The translations under genes were made by a program, and so were the position numbers. This document shows, piece by piece, positions 47,716-55,514 of a stretch of 64,000 bases of DNA (position 1 is its first letter; every line of letters starts with the position of its first letter). Origin of the DNA: an uncultured Bacteroidales bacterium (lineage in GTDB: Bacteria > Bacteroidota > Bacteroidia > Bacteroidales > Bacteroidaceae); assembly GCA_902785075.1 (NCBI GenBank), contig CACZXN010000002.1, forward strand, positions 22,991-86,990, written 5' to 3'. Under the pieces are notes generated by a model. It saw only the letters and a list, made by a program, of their open reading frames with translations. It ran no database searches and was not told the origin of the DNA.

Positions 47716-47755
47716 ACAATTCTTTGATTAGTCTTCTTTAAATAGTAATGCACTG

Positions 47756-47939
47756 CAAAGTTAATACATTTTCAGTATTTCAAAAAGTAAATAAGCAAAT
47801 TCTTCTATAAAAATTGTAAAAAATGTAACAAATAACGCAATTTGACAATAACTAATGGCATTATATTGTTTAAAATGCAAAAAACTCTTTCAAATTTGAA
47901 ACATTGGTTTGGCGCTATAAATTAAAATTTATACCTTTG
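47756..47939. promoter_or_regulatory. AT-rich divergent promoter region (HTCS and T9SS cargo gene)
   Basis: CAAAGTTA at 47756-47763 is a reverse-complement TAnnTTTG box for the HTCS. TACCTTTG at 47932-47939 lies 80 nt upstream of the ATG at 48020. Confidence 0.5.
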
Positions 47940-48019
47940 TACTTGGAATCCAAAATATATGACATTTTCAAATTTATATAACACCAATTTATTAATTTTT
48001 AATCAAAACAATTTTACGA

Positions 48020-51000
48020 ATGAAAAAAATTCTACTTTGTGCAGCATTTACAATTATAAGTTTTGCTGTATTTGCTCAAGATGTTCCAGACGCTTCTCAA
48101 TGGAAGGTTGGTGACGATGTTTCAGAAGCAGTAGGCTTTGGAAACTTGAGTTTCGAAAACGATCCTATGGATTATTGGAAAGTTAACTGTACGAAAGGCA
48201 ATCCAAATCAAACTGGTGGATTGTTTGAAATCTACGATGGATCGGGTGATGTGTTCCAATACCTTTATTTACCTGCAGGTATGTATGAGTTAAACTGTCA
48301 AGGTTACTATCGTTTTGGTACTTCTTGGGATGCGGACCCAAATTCTTACAACGATGGCACATGGAAGAACTTGTCTTTGCTCTATGCAACAGCAGGAACC
48401 TATGACATCACAAGCGAAGAATTCACTGAATCAGGTACTACATTCTCTAATCCCTTGATGCCTCGTTTGTTCGAAGGCGTAATGGAGCAGTTGTATGTTG
48501 GTCCAAAGGAAGGCGAAGATGGTTATCCTGGTTGGGATATGTCTGATGGAACATATTTGGATGGTCGTTGGGGACCTTGTTCTATTCCAGGTTCACTTGT
48601 TTGGTTTGCTTCAGACAAGTATCTTCCATTCGAAAGCGATGAAGATGAAACAGTATATAACAAAGTTACATTCTTTGTAACTGAAGCTTCCTGGGTCAAG
48701 GTTGGTGTTCAAAAGAATGAAACAAAAGATGCTGACTCTTTCATGGCTACCAACTTCCACCTTATTTATAAAGGTACAGCAGATGATGCAGCCAAGATTG
48801 CATTAGCATACAAATCACTTGAAATAGCACAGAAGAAGGCAGAAACGCTTGCTGACGAAATTATGGTTGATTATCAAGCTCTCGGCGCTATGCTTCTCGA
48901 TGCTATTATGGAGCTTGATTACGATGACACTACTGTTGAAGGTATTGAAGCTGCAACTATTGCTTTCAATGAATTATTCACCAATTACACTCAATACTAT
49001 CAAGAAGCAAAGCAACTTACGACAGCTATCGCCGCAATGGAAGAGTTGGCCGCAGCAACTGACTATGAAGGCAAGGAAGCTTTCCTTAAGGCTATCGATG
49101 ATGCTACAACTGTTGCTACAGCAACCGATTTTGACGCAGCAAGTAGCCCTGAAGCATATAAAGAAGCATATAACGCCTTGACAGAAGCAAGAGGTGCTTA
49201 TGTTTTGACTCGTCCTGCTATTGATGGTGTTTACAACTATTCTGACCTTATCAATCAACCATTCTTCTGCAACAATGAATTCAATCCAACATGGGATGAG
49301 GATTTGCAGCAGTATATCTTCAGCGATGAGATTGAAAGCAGTTGGTGTACTGTTACGGAAACTGGTTATAACGACTTGGTGAACGAACATGCTGACTGGA
49401 TTCCTATCTCTAGCAACGTAACTATCGCTTCAAGTGGTAATGATGAAGGTCGCTGGGTCATCAACTCAACTACTTGGCACGGGGGTGTTCCTGCTTCTGT
49501 AACTCTTCAGCACGGATATCCTGCTGTTGGTGGTTGGACCGCTGAGCCTACAGGCAATCCAGAACTTCTCCATCAGACAATAGTTAATCTGCCTAATGGT
49601 TACTATAGCATGAGTGCTCTTATGTGTAATGTACAGGCAATTTCTGATCTTCAGTATGTTTATATCGAAGGAACTGGTGGGGTACAGGAAAAAGCTAACC
49701 TAACCATGGGTGCCCAAGGATGGTGGGGCGGCTGGAGCCGTAACTCAATCTGGGAGAAACTTGAGACAGGTATGGTTGAAGTTACCGATGGTAAGGTTAC
49801 AATCGGTTCAAGCTCTGACTCATTCTATGGTGTTACAGGTTTCCAACTCTATTACTATGGTGAAAAGCCAGACTTCACAGCTATGATTCGTAAAAAACTT
49901 GAAGCCGTTTCTGAGGAAATGGAAAACCTTACATTCCCTGGTGACTTTACTTATGTTGAAGAACTGATGAAGACGATACCAGCTACAATCACTGGTTTCG
50001 AGGCATACGAGGCAGCAAATAAGACAATCGCAGAGATTTCTGAATACACAGCTACTGCATTTAATTATCTGAATAACTGGAATCTGGGCGACCGAATTGC
50101 AAATGCTCAAGTTAACTATGAACCAGATGCACCTGAATACAAGATTCTCGACAAGATGTTCGACTATTTCATGACTATCGGAACAAATGCAACTGATACT
50201 TATAAGACTGCTCAGGAGGCATCTGCACTTTATGACCAGTTAGAGGCTTATTTCACTTATCGTACTAAGGTTGCTGAATATGCTTCTTACTATCCTGCAA
50301 TCAATGATATCATCGCTGATCAGAACACAGGATTGATGGCTGGTATCACTTCAGAGAAGCTTGACAATTACACCAAGTCTCTCGAGGATGCAGAAGCTAT
50401 TGGTGCTGCTGCAGATATCGCTAAGATACTTGAACCTCTTGATTTGGACAAAGCTACTCCAGAGAACCCTGTTGACATCACACTGATTGTTAAAAATCCT
50501 ACATACGATGAAGGTAGTACAGGTTGGGAAGGAGCTATTACAGTAGATAATCGTCTCCACAATGCAGAGCGATTTAATACAAAGTTCGATGTTAGTCAAA
50601 CCATTAAATCTCTTCCTGCAGGATGCTACCTTGTAAAGGTTCAGGCATACTATCGTGACGGTGGTAGCGCAGGTGATGCAAACTCAGGCGTTTACTACAA
50701 TTGGAACGTAGCTGCCAACAAGAACATGGAATATTGGGATAACAAGAATGTTGAACTATATGCTCGCACAAATGAAGCTGAGCGCGTTGAATATGTTCAG
50801 TCACTTGCAAGTGTTCAATATACAGAACCTGGTACTTACAGAATCTTCAATACAACTGACGATTCAAATATCGAACAGGTTGTCGATGAACATGGAAATC
50901 CTGTCTATGATGACGAAGGTAAGGAGGTATGGACAGATCCAGATACTCTTTGGTACACTTACGACGATGCAGAAGTCTCTTGGACATTAGACCAGCGCGT

Positions 51001-51358
51001 TTATATTATCGAAGAGGGTGATACTATTGCAACTTACTACTATCCAAACTCTATGGAAGGTGCAAATGCCCGCTTCAACAAGACTCCTGAGGCATATCAG
51101 AACGAAGTTGTCATTATGGTTGAAGAAGGTAATAATCTCACATTCGGTATCCGCAAGTCAACAGAAATCGACAACGACTGGTGTATGTTCGACAATTGGA
51201 AACTCTTCTATCTCGGCAAGGACACACCTGAGGCTATCAATGAAATTGCAGGCGAAAAGAATGCTGTCAAGGCTATCTTCAACCTTGCTGGCCAACAGAT
51301 GAACGGTCTCCAGAAGGGTCTCAACATTGTTGATGGAAAGAAAGTGTTTGTGAAGTAA
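48020..51358 (+). CDS. large secreted multi-domain protein with T9SS C-terminal sorting domain, unknown function
   Basis: Signal MKKILLCAAFTIISFAVFAQ. Three internally repeated modules. C-terminal ...AIFNLAGQQMNGLQKGLNIVDGKKVFVK resembles a type A Por/T9SS CTD. Confidence 0.8.
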   Translation: MKKILLCAAFTIISFAVFAQDVPDASQWKVGDDVSEAVGFGNLSFENDPMDYWKVNCTKGNPNQTGGLFEIYDGSGDVFQYLYLPAGMYELNCQGYYRFGTSWDADPNSYNDGTWKNLSLLYATAGTYDITSEEFTESGTTFSNPLMPRLFEGVMEQLYVGPKEGEDGYPGWDMSDGTYLDGRWGPCSIPGSLVWFASDKYLPFESDEDETVYNKVTFFVTEASWVKVGVQKNETKDADSFMATNFHLIYKGTADDAAKIALAYKSLEIAQKKAETLADEIMVDYQALGAMLLDAIMELDYDDTTVEGIEAATIAFNELFTNYTQYYQEAKQLTTAIAAMEELAAATDYEGKEAFLKAIDDATTVATATDFDAASSPEAYKEAYNALTEARGAYVLTRPAIDGVYNYSDLINQPFFCNNEFNPTWDEDLQQYIFSDEIESSWCTVTETGYNDLVNEHADWIPISSNVTIASSGNDEGRWVINSTTWHGGVPASVTLQHGYPAVGGWTAEPTGNPELLHQTIVNLPNGYYSMSALMCNVQAISDLQYVYIEGTGGVQEKANLTMGAQGWWGGWSRNSIWEKLETGMVEVTDGKVTIGSSSDSFYGVTGFQLYYYGEKPDFTAMIRKKLEAVSEEMENLTFPGDFTYVEELMKTIPATITGFEAYEAANKTIAEISEYTATAFNYLNNWNLGDRIANAQVNYEPDAPEYKILDKMFDYFMTIGTNATDTYKTAQEASALYDQLEAYFTYRTKVAEYASYYPAINDIIADQNTGLMAGITSEKLDNYTKSLEDAEAIGAAADIAKILEPLDLDKATPENPVDITLIVKNPTYDEGSTGWEGAITVDNRLHNAERFNTKFDVSQTIKSLPAGCYLVKVQAYYRDGGSAGDANSGVYYNWNVAANKNMEYWDNKNVELYARTNEAERVEYVQSLASVQYTEPGTYRIFNTTDDSNIEQVVDEHGNPVYDDEGKEVWTDPDTLWYTYDDAEVSWTLDQRVYIIEEGDTIATYYYPNSMEGANARFNKTPEAYQNEVVIMVEEGNNLTFGIRKSTEIDNDWCMFDNWKLFYLGKDTPEAINEIAGEKNAVKAIFNLAGQQMNGLQKGLNIVDGKKVFVK

Positions 51359-51422
51359 TTTGTTTCTGACCTATAGGTCTAGGACTCATGAGACCTATAA
51401 GTCCTATAACTACTACATCAAG

Positions 51423-51459
51423 GTGCTCAGGCAGGCAATGTCTGGGCACTTGTTTTTTT
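51423..51459 (+). terminator. intrinsic terminator after the T9SS cargo gene
   Basis: GTGCTCAG (51423-51430) pairs with CTGGGCAC (51442-51449), including one G-U pair. Followed by TTGTTTTTTT. Confidence 0.65.
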
Positions 51460-51586
51460 CACATATAATGTGGCCATTATGGAATGCGCACTTATGTTAC
51501 AATCCATTAACGTTGCTATATATGCTTAAGAAAAGGGTCCCTCTTATATATAAAATAAGGTGTAAGAATCGTTTTTCTGCAAAAAA

Positions 51587-51614
51587 ATGATAAATGATAA
51601 ATGGTAAATGGTAA
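51587..51614. repeat. heptanucleotide tandem repeat (ATGATAA x2, ATGGTAA x2)
   Basis: Four contiguous 7-bp units read directly from the sequence. They lie 9 bp upstream of the TAACTTTG -7 box at 51623-51630. Confidence 0.9.
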
Positions 51615-51648
51615 TTATTTCGTAACTTTGCCCTGCTAAATATGTTTT

Positions 51649-52488
51649 ATGGCACAAAATGATGTTGATTTAAAGATAGATGTCGAAGCTATCGTCAAGA
51701 GCAAGGCGGGGAGTAAATACAAGTATTTCCCACGATTTATTGTTAATTGGCTCAAAAAAATCCTTCATCAGGATGAAGTGAACCGCTATCTTATGGGGCG
51801 TGCCAAAGGAAAGTTTGGACAGGATTTCCTTGATGAATGTGTGGCATATCTCGAAATGAATCTCGATGTCAGAGGGCTAGAGAAACTACCTTCGAACGAA
51901 GGCAATCGATACTACACCATCGTTTCTAACCATCCGCTGGGAGGTGAAGATGGTGTGGCCTTAGGCAGCATCTTGTGCCACAAATACGATAGCAAGATCA
52001 AGTATCTGGTCAACGATGTACTGATGAATCTGGAAGGATTAGCTCCGCTATGTATTCCCATCAACAAGACGGGTAACCAAAGCCGCAACTTCCCCAAGAT
52101 GGTCGATTTGGCGTTCCAATCTGAGAACAATGTGCTGATGTTCCCTGCTGGGCTTTGTTCGCGCAAGCAAAACGGAATCATTAGGGATTTGGATTGGAAG
52201 AAAACATTTATTAGCAAGAGTATCGAATACCAACGAGACGTGATTCCTGTGCATTTCTCAGGACAGAATTCAGAGCGGTTCTATCGCATTGCCAACATCT
52301 GCAAAGCATTGCATATAAAAGTGAATATCGCTATGTTGTTTCTCGTTGACGAGATGTATAAGAATGTAGGAAAATCATTTACCGTTACCTTTGGCGAACC
52401 AATTCCTTGGCAGACGTTCGACAAGTCGAAGTCGCATGCCGAGTGGGCACAATGGGTAAAGGATAAAGTATACGAATTAGATAAATGA
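51649..52488 (+). CDS. glsA: lysophospholipid/lyso-aminolipid O-acyltransferase (PlsC/OlsA-like; GlsA-like)
   Basis: 279 aa. Acyltransferase motif region SNHPLGGEDG and FPAGLCSR (PlsC block III-like). ATGA overlap with the downstream GNAT-type N-acyltransferase. Confidence 0.6.
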   Translation: MAQNDVDLKIDVEAIVKSKAGSKYKYFPRFIVNWLKKILHQDEVNRYLMGRAKGKFGQDFLDECVAYLEMNLDVRGLEKLPSNEGNRYYTIVSNHPLGGEDGVALGSILCHKYDSKIKYLVNDVLMNLEGLAPLCIPINKTGNQSRNFPKMVDLAFQSENNVLMFPAGLCSRKQNGIIRDLDWKKTFISKSIEYQRDVIPVHFSGQNSERFYRIANICKALHIKVNIAMLFLVDEMYKNVGKSFTVTFGEPIPWQTFDKSKSHAEWAQWVKDKVYELDK

Positions 52489-53495
52489 AAGAAATAATTG
52501 ATCCCATCAGCCGAGAGGTACTAAAATCGGAACTCACGGAAGACAAGCGTTTGCGATTCACCAATCGCAGCAATAACGAAATCTATATTGTCACTTGGCA
52601 GAATGCGCCCAATGTCGTGAAAGAGATTGGACGACTACGCGAGATTGCCTTTCGTGCGGCAGGAGGGGGAACAGGTAAGGATATGGATCTCGATGAGTTG
52701 GATGTATGCGACAACCCATACAAGCAACTGATTGTTTGGAATCCAGAAGAAGAGGAAATCATTGGCGGCTATCGCTATCTGTTGGGCACAGAAGTGGAAT
52801 TCGATGAAAAGGGACAACCTATTTTGGCTACCTCACACATGTTCCATTTTTCCGACACATTCATCCACGAATACCTTCCCTATACGGTAGAGTTGGGTCG
52901 TTCATTTGTGACATTAGAGTATCAAGCAACTCGCAGAGACACGAAAGCGCTGTTTGCCCTCGATAACCTGTGGGACGGTCTCGGAGCCTTGTCGGTTATC
53001 ATGCCAAACTGCAAGTATTTCTTTGGAAAGATGACCATGTATCCATCCTACAACCGTCGATGCAGAGACATGATTCTCTATTTCCTTAACAAGCATTTCC
53101 CCGACAAGGACAACCTGATTGTGCCGATGAAACCGTTAAAAATCGAACACGACCCAAAGGAATTTGAACAGCTGTTCTGCCACGATGACTTCAAGGACGA
53201 TTATGTCATCCTGAATCGTGAAATACGCAATAACGGGCTCGACATACCCCCATTGGTAAATGCTTACATGAGCCTGTCGCCAACGATGAAGATGTTTGGT
53301 ACAGCTATCAATGACGGGTTCGGCGATGTGGAGGAAACAGGCATCTTGATTGCTATCGACGAAATCATCGAGAGCAAGCGTATCCGCTATATCGACAATT
53401 TCGCAAAGGAACATCCCGAACTGGTCAATCAATCGCTCAAGGTGCTCTCTCACATTACCTCTGGAGTCAATAAAGTAAAGAAAAGAACAAAATAA
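52485..53495 (+). CDS. glsB: GNAT/hemolysin-like amino-acid N-acyltransferase (OlsB/GlsB-like)
   Basis: 336 aa. RLREIAFRAAGGGTGK block, as recalled for OlsB-like N-acyltransferases. The gene pairing matches the Bacteroidales glycine-lipid locus. Confidence 0.6.
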   Translation: MKEIIDPISREVLKSELTEDKRLRFTNRSNNEIYIVTWQNAPNVVKEIGRLREIAFRAAGGGTGKDMDLDELDVCDNPYKQLIVWNPEEEEIIGGYRYLLGTEVEFDEKGQPILATSHMFHFSDTFIHEYLPYTVELGRSFVTLEYQATRRDTKALFALDNLWDGLGALSVIMPNCKYFFGKMTMYPSYNRRCRDMILYFLNKHFPDKDNLIVPMKPLKIEHDPKEFEQLFCHDDFKDDYVILNREIRNNGLDIPPLVNAYMSLSPTMKMFGTAINDGFGDVEETGILIAIDEIIESKRIRYIDNFAKEHPELVNQSLKVLSHITSGVNKVKKRTK

Positions 53496-53626
53496 GACGG
53501 CTAAGCAAAAAAGAAGGAAAACAAAAAAATTAGAAAAAAATGCAATTTTTTTTGCATATTGTTTAAACCTTTTTCATTTTAGTCAGTCATAGCTTTAAAG
53601 TAGTAAATAGGTGTTTATCATTTTTT

Positions 53627-53667
53627 AGAGGACAATGGCACGAGAGTGTAATTATCCTCTTTTTTTG
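53627..53667 (+). terminator. intrinsic terminator 130-170 nt downstream of glsB
   Basis: AGAGGACAAT (53627-53636) pairs with ATTATCCTCT (53651-53660), one mismatch. Followed by T7 (53661-53667). Confidence 0.6.
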
Positions 53668-53707
53668 TCTAAATAAATCAGTAGTTAATCATTAAAAATT
53701 AAATGAT

Positions 53708-55051
53708 ATGATGGATTGGAATCAACTTATCTCAAACAAACGACTGGGGCAGGAAGACCTTCATTACCAGAAGAAAGACGACCGTACGGAATTTCATCGC
53801 GACTACGACCGCCTGATATTCTCCTCACCCTTCCGCCGTCTTCAGAACAAGACACAGGTGTTTCCGCTTCCAGGCAGCATCTTCGTACACAACCGCCTGA
53901 CTCATAGTTTGGAAGTAGCAAGTGTGGGACGTTCGTTGGGCGATGATGTCGCACGCCGATTGTCCGAAAAACACCCCGAACTGAAGGACTCTCACCTCTC
54001 TGAATGCGGATCTATCGTCAGCGCTGCCTGTCTTGCCCACGATATGGGTAACCCTCCGTTTGGGCATTCTGGCGAGCGAGCCATCGCTGCCTACTTCACA
54101 GAAGGGGCTGGTCAGAAATATCGTGAGTTGGTGACTCCAGAACAATGGAAAGACCTTGTTCTCTATGAAGGAAATGCGAATGCTTTCCGCTTGCTCACCC
54201 ATCAGTTCAAAGGACGTCGTCCAGGTGGATTCGTCATGACCTATTCCACCCTAGCATCCATCGTGAAATACCCCTATCCAGCCATTTATGCTGGCGAAAA
54301 GCAGAAATTCGGCTTCTTCCAAAGCGAGATAGATACCTATCGCAAGATAGCCAATGAATTGGGAATCCTCCAAACGAACGATAACGACTCACAACCCCGA
54401 TTCGCACGCTATCCGCTAGTTTATCTGGTAGAAGCAGCGGATGATATCTGCTACGAAATCATGGACATAGAAGACGCACACAAACTCAAGATACTCACCA
54501 CAAAGGAAACCCAAGAACTGCTGATCAACTATTTCGATGAAGAGCGGCAGAAGAGCATCAAAAGCGTATTAGAAAAAGTGACAGATGTCAACGAACAGAT
54601 TGTTTACCTGCGCTCATGCTGCATAGGAGCCTTAGAAGCAGCATGTGTTGATGTGTTCATCAAGAACGAAGAAGCCATCCTCAACGGTACCTTCGACGGT
54701 TCGCTTGTCAAGCATATCGAAGGACGTATCGGCGATGCTTACAAGGCGTGTGAAAAAACCTCCTACGACCACATCTACCGTAGTAAGGACGTGGTTGACA
54801 TCGAGTTGGCTGGTTACAAAATCATCAGCACCCTTATCGACCTTTTTACCACAGCAGCTATGACGCCTGACGGAGCCTACTCCAAGCTGTTGCTCGAACG
54901 AGTATCGAAACAATACGAAGTCATCGATGAAGGCGAAAACAATGTCTATCGCCGCATCATGGCTGTACTCGACTACATCTCAGGCATGACTGATGTTTAC
55001 GCTCTCGATCTTTTCAGGAAAATCAACGGAGAGAGTATCCCAATTATCTGA
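53708..55051 (+). CDS. dgt: dGTP triphosphohydrolase-like HD-domain protein
   Basis: RLTHSLEVASVGRS and CLAHDMGNPPFGHSGE (HD motif). DRLIFSSPFRRLQNKTQVF N-terminal block. 447 aa. Confidence 0.85.
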   Translation: MMDWNQLISNKRLGQEDLHYQKKDDRTEFHRDYDRLIFSSPFRRLQNKTQVFPLPGSIFVHNRLTHSLEVASVGRSLGDDVARRLSEKHPELKDSHLSECGSIVSAACLAHDMGNPPFGHSGERAIAAYFTEGAGQKYRELVTPEQWKDLVLYEGNANAFRLLTHQFKGRRPGGFVMTYSTLASIVKYPYPAIYAGEKQKFGFFQSEIDTYRKIANELGILQTNDNDSQPRFARYPLVYLVEAADDICYEIMDIEDAHKLKILTTKETQELLINYFDEERQKSIKSVLEKVTDVNEQIVYLRSCCIGALEAACVDVFIKNEEAILNGTFDGSLVKHIEGRIGDAYKACEKTSYDHIYRSKDVVDIELAGYKIISTLIDLFTTAAMTPDGAYSKLLLERVSKQYEVIDEGENNVYRRIMAVLDYISGMTDVYALDLFRKINGESIPII

Positions 55052-55214
55052 TGAGAACGGATAAAAACACGATGAAATGGGGAAAAACACAATAAAAACT
55101 GCAAAATACGATGAAACGGAAAAAAAACGATGAATACGTTAAAAAACAAAGAAAAACGGGCATATTTCTCAGTTTTTCTCCAAACGCACGTATTAGATAT
55201 ATAGGTGCTGAGAA

Positions 55215-55279
55215 TAGTGCGCCCTAGGGCGCACTGCAGTTCGCCTTAGGGCGCACTCGAGTGCGCCTTAAGGCGTACT
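55215..55279. repeat. 65-bp palindrome-chain repeat, copy 2 (inverted partner of 37710-37774)
   Basis: TAGTGCGCCCTAGGGCGCACTGCAGTTCGCCTTAGGGCGCACTCGAGTGCGCCTTAAGGCGTACT is the exact reverse complement of copy 1. Confidence 0.95.
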
Positions 55280-55514
55280 ATTTCAAGTGGCTAATGACGA
55301 TAGAATGATTGCTTCGACCTGAAGGTTGGAGCATTTTTTGACTTTTTATCCCAAACTTTCCACCCCCTCAAGAAGCTGAAAAGGGCACAAAACATAGGCC
55401 ACAAGCTATTATAAGTTGGTTTTTTGTAATTTGAAACTTTCCACCCCTTTTGCTTGTTCGGAACAGAAAAAACTTGTAACTTTGCAGCCGAAAATAATAA
55501 TTATTTGCAAATTT

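Noticed and set aside
51360-51590. 76-aa ORF in the spacer after the T9SS cargo gene
   Set aside because: It runs straight through the terminator hairpin and T-run at 51423-51459. It has an odd composition and no promoter.
37710-55279. The inverted-repeat-bounded 17.4-kb segment as a transposon or genomic island
   Set aside because: The content is largely housekeeping (cysS, dgt, lipid acyltransferases). There is no transposase, integrase, tRNA attachment site or visible direct target duplication. It is kept only as a possible inversion substrate or REP/MITE family.
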